Of a stretch of DNA of 64,000 nucleotides, positions 30,979 to 40,066 are shown piece by piece. The stretch covers positions 1-64,000 of the forward strand of contig JANOTL010000035.1 of the NCBI GenBank assembly GCA_031416315.1. The letters are read 5' to 3'. The notes below the pieces were generated by a model. That model had not been told where the DNA came from. It saw only the letters and a list, made by a program, of their open reading frames with translations, and did not search any database. The position numbers and the translations under genes were made by a program. Numbering within the stretch: the stretch's first letter is position 1; every line of letters starts with the position of its first letter. The stretch comes from Pseudomonadota bacterium (GTDB taxonomy: Bacteria > Bdellovibrionota_B > Oligoflexia > Oligoflexales > CAIYRB01).

Positions 30979-33900
30979 TTAGCCGAGCAGGAAGTCGAGA
31001 TCCTTCGAGGTGAGGTCGGAGAGCACGTCGCCGTCGTCGGCGATGATGCCTTCGGCCAGCTTCCGCTTCGCCGCCTGCAGCTCGAGGATCTTCTCCTCGA
31101 CCGTGCCGCGCGCGATGAGGCGGTAGGCGAAGACGTGGCTCTTTTGGCCGATCCGGTGGGCACGGTCGATCGCCTGCTGCTCGCTCGCCGGGTTCCACCA
31201 CGGGTCGAGGATGAAGCAGTAGTCGGCCGCGGTCAGGTTGAGGCCGACGCCGCCGGCTTTCAGGCTGATGAGGAAGACCTTCACCGTGTCGTCGGTCTGG
31301 AAGTGCTCGACGCGCTCCTTGCGGTCGCGCGTGGAGCCGTCGAGGTACTCGTATTTGATGCCCTTCGCGTCGAGGCGGGCGCGCACGATCGCGAGCATCG
31401 AGGTGAACTGGCTGAAGACGAGCGATTTGTGGCCGGAGGCGACCGCCTCTTCGAGCATCTCGTCGAGGAGGTCCATCTTCGCGCTCGGCTCTTCGACGCG
31501 CTTCTGGTCGATGAGGCCCGGGTGGCAGGCGAGCTGGCGGAGGCGCAGAAGCGCCTCCAGGACATGCATGCGCGATTTGCCGAGGCCCTCGGTCTTGATC
31601 TTCTTCTGCAGGCTGTCGCGGAAGTGCTGGGCGAGCTGGTCGTATTCCTTGCGCTGCTCGTCTTCCAGCACGCAGAAGATGGTGTTCTCGGTCTTTTGCG
31701 GCAAATCCGGGAGAACCTGCGTCTTGGTGCGGCGCAGGATGAACGGGCGGAGCACCTTCGCCAGCGTCTCGAGCTTGCCGGCGGAGGGCTTGCCGGCACC
31801 GCTGAAGAGCTCGGCGAAGCCGGTGGAGTTGTCGAGCATGCCGGGATTCAGGAAGCGGAAGATCGAGCCGAGCTCGGCCAGCCGGTTCTCGACCGGCGTT
31901 CCTGACATCGCGAGGCGGCGGGCGCCTTGAAGCGCGCGCGCGGCCTTCGCCGACTGCGTGGTCTCGTTCTTGATCGCCTGGGCTTCGTCCAAGACGATGT
32001 AGTCGAACGTCATGCCGGCGAAAAGCTCGACGTCACTGCGCATCGTGCCGTAGCTGGTAACGACGATGTCGTAAGGAGCGAGAGCCTTGAGCGAACGGTG
32101 GCGCGTGGCGCCGACGTGCGCCGAGACCTTCAGGTCTGGCGTGAAGCGGCGGGCTTCGTCGACCCAGTTGTGGATCAGGGAGGTGGGCGCGACGATCAGG
32201 GACGGCGGCGGCTTCTTCTTCGCGGCGCGGCGGCGTTTCTGCAGGTGGGCGAGGACCTGGACGGTTTTTCCGAGGCCCATGTCGTCGGCCAGGCAGCCGC
32301 CGAAGTTGAACTCGTCGAGGAACTCGAGCCAGCCGAGGCCGTGGCGCTGGTACGGGCGCAGCTCGCCGATGAACTCGGGATCCGGCGTGGCTTCGCCGAT
32401 GCCCGACAAGGATTTCAGTTTCTCGCGGTAGGCGGCGAACTCGGCGTCGACGGACGCCTGCGCGGCCTCGCCGACGAGGACGTCGAGGAAGGCGGCTTGG
32501 CTTTGGCGGTAGCGGAGCTCGCCGCCTTCGCCGTCCTCGCCCATCTTTAAAATGGGCTCGAGGTTCTTCAGCCAGGCCTCGGGCAGAAGGCCGACGGTGC
32601 CGTCGCCGAGCTGCACGCGATCTTCGCCGCGGCGCACGGCCTCGAGGATCTTCGGCATGCCGACCGTGGCGCCGTCGCCGAAGTCGAAGGAGGCGCGCAG
32701 GTTGAGCCAGTCCATGCCGGACTTGACGTCGACGTTGAAGCTCTTGCCGACGCGGATCTTCTGGCCTTCGGCCTCGACGGCCCAACCGCGGTTGGAGAGC
32801 TCAGAGACGATGCGCGTGAGCGCGGCGGCGTCGATGAAGACGTCGGCGCCGGCGACGCTGCGGCCGGCGGAGGGATGCACGCCCGTCGTCTCGAGCAGCT
32901 CCTTGATCAAGGCTTCTTCGCGCTGGCGGTCCCGGCGCAGGACGACGCGGGGGCCTTGGTCCTGGTTTGCCTGCGGCTGCTGATGCTGCGGCTGCTGGGG
33001 GCGGCGCTGCTGTTGCTGCTGGTTTTGGTTGGGATGCTGCGGGCGTTGCTTCTGATTCGGGTGCTGCGGGCGCTGGTTGTGCGGCGGACGCTGCTGCTGG
33101 TTCTGGTTTTGCGGCGGGCGCTGCTGCTGGTTCTGGTTTTGCGGCGGGCGCTGCTGTTGGTTCTGGTTCTGGTTTTGCGGCGGGCGCTGCTGCTGGTTCT
33201 GGTTCTGGTTTTGCGGCGGGCGCTGCTGGTGCTGTCCCTGGCTCGGTTGCTGGCGCTGCTGGATCTGTTGTTGCTGATGCGCGGGTCCGGAGCGCGTGAT
33301 GGTTTGCGGTCCGGGAGCGCGGGCTTGCGTCGGGGCCTCACCTTCGGAGGAAGGGTGCGGCGCCCGAGGGGACTCCGCCGGCGGAGCGAGCGCGACGACG
33401 TTTTGCGGCGCGTCGTCATCGTTCGCGGCGGCATCGGCAGGGGGTGGCGCGGCGCGAACGGTACGACCCGCGGACGGGGCGTCTGGGGCCAGGGTGCGAC
33501 GCGGCGCCTCGCTTTCGACGGGCGGCGCGTCCGAGGGAACCGTCCGAACGACGCGACGCGGCGCCTCGCCTCCTGGTGGATTCGCGTCTCCGGGCACGGA
33601 GCGAACAACGCGACGCGGCGCTTCGCCATCGCCAGCGGGCGCAGAGGTTCGGGCTGTCCGGCGGGGCGCTTCGGGCTCGGCCGCCGGGGGGGCGGAAGCT
33701 TCTGCGCCGGTGTCCGTCTCTTCCCGAGGCGTTGCCGCTTTTGCGGCGGGCTTAGCGCCACGGGCGGTGCGCTTCACGACGCCGGAGGTCCCGGTGGGCG
33801 TGGGAGCGGCGCGGGTTTTGACGGTCTTCGCCGGAGCCTTTTTGGCCGGCTTCTTCACGACGGGAGCCTCGTCCTCGTCGCGTTCGTCTTCTTCGCCGTC

Positions 33901-35718
33901 CTCTTCTTGCTCTTCTTCGGCCTCTTCGTCGTCGTCGTCGTCGTCATCTTCGTCCTGATCGTCGCCCTCGGCGGAAGCCGCAGCGTCGTCCTGATCGTCG
34001 TCGTCGTCTTCGTTGTCGTCCTCGTCTGCCTCGTCCTCGTCTTCCTCGTCGTGATCTTCATCACCCCGCGCGGCGCCTTCGGCGCCCGCTGCAGGAAGGA
34101 CTTCGTCTTCGTCTTCCTCGTCCTCTTCGTAACGATGCGGCACGGGCTCCTGCTGGCTCTCCGGCACGAGCTGCGAGTCGGCCGTCTGATCGCGGCCTTT
34201 GCGCTGGGGCAAGCTCGCGGGGACGACGTAGTCGAAATCGTAATTCGCCATCAATACGAGCGCGCGATCCGCGATCGACTTCGCCAGGAAGACGAGCTTC
34301 GGGCGCGGCTCGCCGGTGACGATCGTCCAACCCGAGTCGTGCGGCAGGTCGATCGGCGGCGCGCCGGCCAGGTCGACCAAGCCGCGAAGAAAGACCGACT
34401 GATCGGCCTTGGGCACCTTGATCGCGCCCACTTGGCGCAAGGTGCTGATCCAGCCCGCCGTGCGCGGGTCCGGGAGCTCGATGCGCGCCACGCGCTCTTT
34501 GAGCAGCGCGGAGCCGTCGGGGAAAACCGCGAGGGCATCGCGCAACGGCACGGTAATCCGGCCGCGGCGAAGCTCGCCGCGCACGATCCACGAGCGGTCT
34601 TGCTTGCGCACGGCGACGGCCAGACGGAAATTCCAGGCGTCCTGCGCGTCCCAGCTGACGGGGCGGAAAGCGTCCTTGTCGAAGACGGCGCCCTCGAGCT
34701 CCGCCTCCTCTAAGGCGAGCCAGCCGAAGCGGCCGGTGGCGGCCATGCTTTCGAGCAAGCCCGACCGCAACGCGTCGGCGACGACGAAGGAGGTGGCGCG
34801 GGGCCGGATCGCGACCAAGGCCGGATCGCGGACGGCGGAGCGCACGACCGAGCTCGCGACGACGCCGAAGAAACACGCGAGGATCTCGCGGTCTGCAGGG
34901 CTATCGACCTGGTCTATGCCCCGCGGGTCGATCGGCAGGGGCACGAGGCGCCCAGCCGTCTCGGTCTCCGGGGCGCTCACGTGGAAGAGCTGCACCGTGA
35001 GCTGCCCGCTCTTGCGGGTGGCGGCGGTGTCGACGACGTAAAATATGTCGTTCGAGAGCGCGACGCCGGCGGCGCGTTGCTTGGACTCGGCGATGTCGCG
35101 CTGTGCGTGGCCGACGAGCTTCAACGCTTCGCGCCAGGAGATCTGGTTGTCGTGGTGATGGCTCGGATGCGGGCGGCTCTGCGGGCCGCCGCGGTCGCCG
35201 GGCTCGGCCGTGGCGTGGCCGCCGGCGGAAAAAGCGCGAATGCGGCTGGCCGCGTTCGGATCGGCAGTCACGACCTTCGACGTGCGTCGAGAGACGGGGA
35301 TGCTACGGGTGAAGAAACTGATGGGATGCTCCGTGGGCGCCTTGAACGTGCAGTCGGGAACTCCGTCCGCGTGGCAAATGACTGCCCAGATGTGTTTACA
35401 ATGACCGGCGCCGCCCGTGAAATACGGGCAGTCGCAGATGGCGCTCACGGTCGAGCGCTTCCGGGCCTCGTCGATGGCCATCTCAAGGGTGACGTTGTAG
35501 TTGCCACCCTTGCCCCTCACTTCAGCCTTGAGGCTTTGCGGCGAGGCGTTGGGGCTCGTGACCCTGCCTTGTTGGAAGTAGCGCTCCCCTCGGCTGCGGA
35601 CTTGGGGGTCTACGTCCGCGGCGAGCGATCCGGTGAAACCGGAGCCTCTTCGCGGGGCATTTTCGTTCTGTGCCGGGCGGTTTCCCGAGCGGCCACGCCG
35701 ACGACGCCGTTGCGCCAA
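30979..35718 (-). CDS. SWIM zinc finger + SNF2-family ATPase with a large low-complexity insertion
   Basis: CDCP...CKH SWIM; LRPYQ, LADDMGLGKT, LDEAQ, SGTPVEN, LKAGGVGLNL, QAIDRAHRIGQ. Probable TTG start at 35718 behind AGGAG; the track start is 35802. Confidence 0.93.
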   Translation of the reverse strand: MAQRRRRRGRSGNRPAQNENAPRRGSGFTGSLAADVDPQVRSRGERYFQQGRVTSPNASPQSLKAEVRGKGGNYNVTLEMAIDEARKRSTVSAICDCPYFTGGAGHCKHIWAVICHADGVPDCTFKAPTEHPISFFTRSIPVSRRTSKVVTADPNAASRIRAFSAGGHATAEPGDRGGPQSRPHPSHHHDNQISWREALKLVGHAQRDIAESKQRAAGVALSNDIFYVVDTAATRKSGQLTVQLFHVSAPETETAGRLVPLPIDPRGIDQVDSPADREILACFFGVVASSVVRSAVRDPALVAIRPRATSFVVADALRSGLLESMAATGRFGWLALEEAELEGAVFDKDAFRPVSWDAQDAWNFRLAVAVRKQDRSWIVRGELRRGRITVPLRDALAVFPDGSALLKERVARIELPDPRTAGWISTLRQVGAIKVPKADQSVFLRGLVDLAGAPPIDLPHDSGWTIVTGEPRPKLVFLAKSIADRALVLMANYDFDYVVPASLPQRKGRDQTADSQLVPESQQEPVPHRYEEDEEDEDEVLPAAGAEGAARGDEDHDEEDEDEADEDDNEDDDDDQDDAAASAEGDDQDEDDDDDDDEEAEEEQEEDGEEDERDEDEAPVVKKPAKKAPAKTVKTRAAPTPTGTSGVVKRTARGAKPAAKAATPREETDTGAEASAPPAAEPEAPRRTARTSAPAGDGEAPRRVVRSVPGDANPPGGEAPRRVVRTVPSDAPPVESEAPRRTLAPDAPSAGRTVRAAPPPADAAANDDDAPQNVVALAPPAESPRAPHPSSEGEAPTQARAPGPQTITRSGPAHQQQQIQQRQQPSQGQHQQRPPQNQNQNQQQRPPQNQNQNQQQRPPQNQNQQQRPPQNQNQQQRPPHNQRPQHPNQKQRPQHPNQNQQQQQRRPQQPQHQQPQANQDQGPRVVLRRDRQREEALIKELLETTGVHPSAGRSVAGADVFIDAAALTRIVSELSNRGWAVEAEGQKIRVGKSFNVDVKSGMDWLNLRASFDFGDGATVGMPKILEAVRRGEDRVQLGDGTVGLLPEAWLKNLEPILKMGEDGEGGELRYRQSQAAFLDVLVGEAAQASVDAEFAAYREKLKSLSGIGEATPDPEFIGELRPYQRHGLGWLEFLDEFNFGGCLADDMGLGKTVQVLAHLQKRRRAAKKKPPPSLIVAPTSLIHNWVDEARRFTPDLKVSAHVGATRHRSLKALAPYDIVVTSYGTMRSDVELFAGMTFDYIVLDEAQAIKNETTQSAKAARALQGARRLAMSGTPVENRLAELGSIFRFLNPGMLDNSTGFAELFSGAGKPSAGKLETLAKVLRPFILRRTKTQVLPDLPQKTENTIFCVLEDEQRKEYDQLAQHFRDSLQKKIKTEGLGKSRMHVLEALLRLRQLACHPGLIDQKRVEEPSAKMDLLDEMLEEAVASGHKSLVFSQFTSMLAIVRARLDAKGIKYEYLDGSTRDRKERVEHFQTDDTVKVFLISLKAGGVGLNLTAADYCFILDPWWNPASEQQAIDRAHRIGQKSHVFAYRLIARGTVEEKILELQAAKRKLAEGIIADDGDVLSDLTSKDLDFLLG
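32960..33280 (-). repeat. Coding tandem repeats encoding (QQ)RPPQNQNQ units
   Basis: Repeated gcggcgggcgctgctgctggttctggtttt units of about 30-36 nt. Confidence 0.9.
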
Positions 35719-35778
35719 AGCGTCATACTCCTGAGACGAAGGAAGACGAAAGAAAAGGACGAGAGAAAGTTCCCGCGT

Positions 35779-35922
35779 GGTCCTAAGCTTCACCGTCTTC
35801 ACCCGACTCGTGGTCGGTTGCTTTCGGAGCGGGGTGACTGGCTGGCGGTCGACTCGCGTGCATCACGGGGAGGAGCATGTGCTTCGCCGCGCTGCCTACG
35901 GAGGACCCAGTCTCTTAGGACC
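35779..35922. ncRNA. Candidate structured RNA in the SNF2 leader; family not identified
   Basis: Closing IR GGTCCTAAG/CTTAGGACC; internal stems GACTGG/CCAGTC, TCACCC/GGGTGA, CCGAC/GTCGG, GCGG/CCGC. Confidence 0.45.
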
Positions 35923-35990
35923 CGTTCCCCAAGCTTCACTTTTTCGGAAGTTTTTCGCAAGCGCGGAGTGACAAGTGCCGTGGACCACGC

Positions 35991-37013
35991 CTATTTCCTG
36001 GCCAAAAAGTCCGGAGGCGCGCCCGGCAAAGCCTGCCGTGCCGCCTCGCACAGGGCCTCCGGATCAACGACGAGGTCGGTCGCGAAGTTCGCGGCGACCT
36101 CGTCCTGGAGGGGGTGCGCGGGAACGTTTGTGTAAGAAAGGCGCAGATCGCGCGCGAGGTTCATGAAGCACGGGTTCTGCCAAGGCGAGGAGGTGATCTC
36201 TATGAAGGCGGCGCCGGCGCGCGCGAAAGCGAGATGCGCGAGCCCCGCGCCGTGAAGACCGGCAACCGCCTCCGCGTCGGCGAAGAGCTCGATCTGAGCG
36301 GCGAGCGGGAGCGACTCTAGCGCGACGGCGCTAAAGCCGAACGGAGCGAGCGTCGCGATCACGGCGTCCTCGTTCAGGAGGCGGCGGCGGCGGGCCTTGG
36401 CGCGGGAGATGAACAGGCGCCTCGGGGTTCCCACCTTGATCGCCGGCAAGAAGGCGTCGCGGATCGAAGCAAGGGCCCACGGCGTCAGCTCCGTCTGATG
36501 CGCGACGCAGGGCTCGGACGGCAGAATCAGCTCCTCGCAGACGTAATGACTGCCGCGGTCGAGCCAGACGACGTCGGCTTCGGCGAGGCGCAGATGCGCG
36601 AGCGACTCGGTCTGGAACGCGCCTCGATCCCGACCCGTGTGCCGCGGATTGACGATGACGCGGTCGAAAGAAACGCCGGCCTCGCGTGCGAGCAGAATCT
36701 TCGGTACGACGCCGAGCAGCCAGTGATAGAAGCTGAAGCCGTCGACGGCCGCGAACAGCGTTCGACCTGGAAGGGCGACGGCCGGCTTCGCCGCCTTGCT
36801 CGTGTTGTGAAACGCGTCCTGCGCGGAGCGCTGCAGTTGGGGCGCATACGGCCACAGAAACTTGCCGTCGGGCCCGAAGGCGCCGACGGGCTGCGCGCGC
36901 ACGATCCCGCCGCTGAGGCTCAGCAAGTGCGGGCCCGAGGTGCCGCCGGAAAGAAAGCGAGGTGTGACGCCGTAGCGCTCCCACACCTCGCTCGGTCGCT
37001 CTAGAACGTCCAA
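35991..37013 (-). CDS. Glycosyltransferase family 61 (DUF563) protein
   Basis: FYHWL, RRLFISR...RRLLNE, QIELFADAEAVAGLHGAGLAHLAF. Confidence 0.9.
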   Translation of the reverse strand: MDVLERPSEVWERYGVTPRFLSGGTSGPHLLSLSGGIVRAQPVGAFGPDGKFLWPYAPQLQRSAQDAFHNTSKAAKPAVALPGRTLFAAVDGFSFYHWLLGVVPKILLAREAGVSFDRVIVNPRHTGRDRGAFQTESLAHLRLAEADVVWLDRGSHYVCEELILPSEPCVAHQTELTPWALASIRDAFLPAIKVGTPRRLFISRAKARRRRLLNEDAVIATLAPFGFSAVALESLPLAAQIELFADAEAVAGLHGAGLAHLAFARAGAAFIEITSSPWQNPCFMNLARDLRLSYTNVPAHPLQDEVAANFATDLVVDPEALCEAARQALPGAPPDFLARK

Positions 37014-37811
37014 TCAGTAGCTCGACGCGGCCTCGATCGGCGCACGGACGGAGGCCGCCTCCGCTTTCGCGTCGATGCTGATCATGCCGACCGCTTGCAG
37101 CATGAGGCAGAGCGTGTAGCCCATGTCGTACTCGAACCATTTGATCGAGAACTTCGCCGCTTTCGGGAAGCGGTGGTGGTTGTTCTGATAGCCCTCGCCC
37201 ATGACGAGCCAGGCGACGAGCGTGTTGTTGCGCGAGTCGTCGTCGAGCGGGAAGTTGCGGTAGCCCTTCGAGTGGCCGAAGGCGTTGACGGCCCAGCCCT
37301 GGATCGGATGGCTCATCATGCCGAGGAAATAGGCGTAGCCGAGCATCCACCAGCCGAAGGCGCCGCCGAGCACGATCCACACGGCGAAGTGCGCGAAGTA
37401 GGGCAGGTACCAGAGCTTCTTACGGTTGAGCCAGCTCACAGGGAAGTCGAGGTCGGGAACGACCTTGGTGAACTTCGGATCCTTGCGGTTCAAGCCGCGG
37501 AGGACCGCGTTGTACGAATGGAGCTGCGCCAGCATGAGACGCCAGATGCCGTACTTGCGAGGGCTGTGCGGGTCTTTGTCGGTATCGGAGTAGAGGTGGT
37601 GCATGCGGTGCATGCAGCTCCAGCCCTTGGGATCGAGGCCGGTGATCCAGTTGCCGGTCGCCTGCACGATGCGGCTCGTCATCGGGCTCATCGTGATGGC
37701 GCCGTGCGTGAGGCCGCGGTGATAAAAAACCGTGATGTAGGTGATGTTCAGCAGGTAAGCCGCGAGGAACACGACACCACAGAGAACGTAGTAGGCGGTT
37801 TGGGAATCCAT
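37014..37811 (-). CDS. Membrane acyl-CoA/lipid fatty-acid desaturase (delta9-like)
   Basis: His boxes YHRGLTH, HRMHH, GEGYQNNHH; DPHSP. Confidence 0.93.
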   Translation of the reverse strand: MDSQTAYYVLCGVVFLAAYLLNITYITVFYHRGLTHGAITMSPMTSRIVQATGNWITGLDPKGWSCMHRMHHLYSDTDKDPHSPRKYGIWRLMLAQLHSYNAVLRGLNRKDPKFTKVVPDLDFPVSWLNRKKLWYLPYFAHFAVWIVLGGAFGWWMLGYAYFLGMMSHPIQGWAVNAFGHSKGYRNFPLDDDSRNNTLVAWLVMGEGYQNNHHRFPKAAKFSIKWFEYDMGYTLCLMLQAVGMISIDAKAEAASVRAPIEAASSY

Positions 37812-37913
37812 GGAAGCGAAACTCCTTCGGTTGGTCCCTTAAGATAGAAGGATCCGGTCAGGCTACCTATCATTGCACGGTCAAAGATATGTAAAGGTCG
37901 TGTAACTGGAAAG

Positions 37914-37940
37914 AGCCCCCCGTCCGAAGGACGGGAGGCT
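37914..37940 (-). terminator. GC-rich hairpin with short U-tail (intrinsic terminator candidate)
   Basis: Minus strand AGCCUCCCGUCC-UUC-GGACGGGGGGCU followed by CUUU; contains a U-G pair that forms only on the minus strand. Confidence 0.6.
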
Positions 37941-38025
37941 TGGGAACGGACGGCCCGACACACGCACACCATGAGCTACCCACCTAGGGAAACGCGTGAA
38001 GTGTCGGGATCCTGCGTACCTCCCC
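37932..38025 (-). ncRNA. Candidate rod-shaped cis-regulatory RNA (antiterminator)
   Basis: Nested stems GGGAGGU/GCCUCCC, GGAU/GUCC, CCCGACAC/GUGUCGGG, CACGCG/UGCGUG. Confidence 0.5.
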
Positions 38026-38946
38026 CTATAGGGCGCCGTGGCTTGCGGATTTCGTCCGGTGCACCAGGGAGGCCCGTAGGGAAGGCCAGCGGACCTGGTC
38101 CCGAAGAGGGGCCAGGCCGGGATCGGCGTCGAAGCGGGCAAGGTCGCGGAAACCGCCGTGGATGGCGCGGTCGACGGCGGCGTAAGCCGACTCGAGGCGG
38201 CCGGCCGCGGCATGCTCGACGGCGGCAGCCCACTCGGCTTCGGCGCGGATGGCTTCCGGAGCATTGCCGGCGGCTTCGGCCATGACGCCCGGGGACGCCG
38301 CCGGTGCCGTCGGATGCCGCATCTCGAGAAGGGCGCGCGCGTTGCTCCAGGCGAACCAGAGCGCCAGATAAATACTGAAGGTCCAACCTGCGAGGCGGGC
38401 GGCGACCGCGGCGGCGAGCGCGACGACCAGCGAGATGACGTGCGCACGGACGACGGCGCGCGTCGGTGAGATCGCTTTCATGGCGGTGAACATGAGGTTG
38501 CCGCCGTCGAGCGGCAGCATCGGCAAGAGATTCATGATGCTCCAGCCGGCGCTGACCCAGAGGAGATCCGTGACGAGGATGGCGACGAAGGGGTCGTCGC
38601 CTGCGCCGCCATAGGCTTTCGCCGCCCCGAAAACGACGCCTGCGAGGAGGAAGCCGAAAAAGGGGCCGGCGAAGGAGACGACCGCGTCCTCGCGCAGGCT
38701 CAAGTCGCGGCCGCCCCGCGAATACGTGAGGCCGCCCATTCCGTGCAGCTCGATCGCTGGCACGTGGCCATAGCGGCGGTAAGCAAGCGCATGACCCAGC
38801 TCGTGCACGAAGACGGCGAGCGCGACGACGGCGATCCATTCCACCATCAGCCAGGGCTTCGCGGCGCGCGGGTAGGCGAGCAGCCCGGACAGGATGAAGA
38901 ACGAAAGACGGATGGTGACCGGGATGCCGAAGAAGGTAAAGCTCAT
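38026..38946 (-). CDS. Site-2 (M50) intramembrane metalloprotease with C-terminal helical extension
   Basis: VHELGH (HExxH), FAGP, NLLPMLPLDGG. Confidence 0.92.
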   Translation of the reverse strand: MSFTFFGIPVTIRLSFFILSGLLAYPRAAKPWLMVEWIAVVALAVFVHELGHALAYRRYGHVPAIELHGMGGLTYSRGGRDLSLREDAVVSFAGPFFGFLLAGVVFGAAKAYGGAGDDPFVAILVTDLLWVSAGWSIMNLLPMLPLDGGNLMFTAMKAISPTRAVVRAHVISLVVALAAAVAARLAGWTFSIYLALWFAWSNARALLEMRHPTAPAASPGVMAEAAGNAPEAIRAEAEWAAAVEHAAAGRLESAYAAVDRAIHGGFRDLARFDADPGLAPLRDQVRWPSLRASLVHRTKSASHGAL

Positions 38947-39109
38947 GCGCCGATTCTACTCTGGTCCGAGGAAAGAGCGCGATGAGCATTCGGAAGCTGC
39001 CGAAAATCGAGTTGCGCAACGCTCGCGTCAAAGCGACGAGCGTGCGCGTTCTCGAGGATGCGATCGTTCTGGGGCTAGATCTGGAGCTCTGACGCTCCAG
39101 ATCGAAGCA

Positions 39110-39370
39110 TTAGACCAGACGGCGGCGCTGCGTCGCGCCGTAGATGCCGAGCACGATCACCGCGCCGAGGATCGACATGACCCAGCCGGCGGGATCGTAG
39201 TAGCCCGTCGGCGCGCCGCGGAAGGCCCAAACGAGGAGGCCGCCGACCACCGATCCGAGGATGCCTAGGCCTGCCGTGAGAAAGAAGCCCATCGACTGCT
39301 TGCCGGGCATGAAGAGGCGGGCGAGGGCACCGACGATGACGCCGAAAACGATCCAAGCGAGAATGCTCAT
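39110..39370 (-). CDS. GlsB/YeaQ/YmgE (transglycosylase-associated) stress membrane protein
   Basis: WIVFGVIVGALARLFMPG, LGILGSVVGG; GGAGG RBS. Confidence 0.92.
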   Translation of the reverse strand: MSILAWIVFGVIVGALARLFMPGKQSMGFFLTAGLGILGSVVGGLLVWAFRGAPTGYYDPAGWVMSILGAVIVLGIYGATQRRRLV

Positions 39371-39415
39371 GGGAAAACCTCCGTGTGATCCGGATTGTCC
39401 GGACGGAGCCTCAGG

Positions 39416-39431
39416 TGCAAAAACCTCGCCG
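39416..39431 (-). promoter_or_regulatory. Putative sigma54 promoter
   Basis: Minus strand CGGCGAGGTTTTTGCA (GG-N10-GC), about 45 nt upstream of the GlsB-family gene. Confidence 0.45.
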
Positions 39432-39718
39432 TCATGCGTTGGCGACGGCGCGGCTCGGGTGGCATGGCCGAAGGACTGGGCCTGAATGAAAAAGGTGACG
39501 CTCGGCCCGGGGTACTGGTGGATCTCGGCATCAGCGCGCAGGTGGAATCACGTCAGGGAATCGCTTGACTCAGTCGATGGCGGAATCGGGGGAGGGCGAA
39601 GATCGCGGCGCAGCAAACGGCCGTCTACCGGGTCTTGCCGACGGCCAACTTCCTGAATGAGCCGCTGTTTTCGGCACCACCGCTGGCTTTGCCCTGAGCT
39701 TGTGGTAAGGAGCGCCCC

Positions 39719-40066
39719 ATGAAGACTGCGCTTTTTTCCATCATTTTGGGTCTGGGGCTCTCGGCCTGCGTGTCGAGCGACGATTACACACGGCTCGAGC
39801 GGCAAAATCAGCTGCTCACGCTGGAGCTCGACAACGCGAAGAAATCGCGCGCGAGCCTGGAGCGGGAGCTCGCGGCCGCGAAGGCGAATGTTTCGGCTTT
39901 GGAGGCGCGGATCGAGCCGCTGACGCAGATCGCCGAGGAAAAGACGAAGCTTGAGGAAGAGCTCGCGCGCAAGAACGCGGAGGTCGTCGGACTCAACGAG
40001 CAGCTGCAGGCGCTCGTTCCGCAGACGCCGCCGTCGGCGGATGCGGTGACCGAGGCGCACCACTGA
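39719..40066 (+). CDS. Small coiled-coil lipoprotein
   Basis: TAAGGAG RBS; lipobox LSA-C; heptad-rich body. Confidence 0.8.
   Translation: MKTALFSIILGLGLSACVSSDDYTRLERQNQLLTLELDNAKKSRASLERELAAAKANVSALEARIEPLTQIAEEKTKLEEELARKNAEVVGLNEQLQALVPQTPPSADAVTEAHH

Noticed and set aside
32960..33280. 30-36-nt repeated units as a CRISPR array
   Set aside because: No unique spacers; units are in-frame multiples of 3 encoding Q/N/P repeats inside SNF2; no cas genes
32875..34713. 612-aa plus-strand Leu/Val-rich ORF and other long antisense ORFs (e.g. 3944-5626)
   Set aside because: Shadow frames of real genes, produced by high GC3 bias
26503..35718. YprB nuclease plus SNF2 as an anti-phage defence system
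   Set aside because: Opposite strands, separated by unrelated genes, and no defence-island markers
37895..37990. Plus-strand resemblance to a ZTP riboswitch (GGTCGTGTAACTGG...GGGAAC...CCCACCTAGG)
   Set aside because: Pseudoknot complement not evident, no plus-strand gene downstream, and G-U pairs favour the minus strand
37932..38025. SRP (4.5S) RNA or retron ncRNA
   Set aside because: No SRP domain IV (CAGG...GNRA...AGCAG) motif; no reverse transcriptase in the window
39440..39700. Short ORFs or a decayed gene in a long intergenic region
   Set aside because: Several short frames look protein-like, but I recognise no family and see no clear RBS
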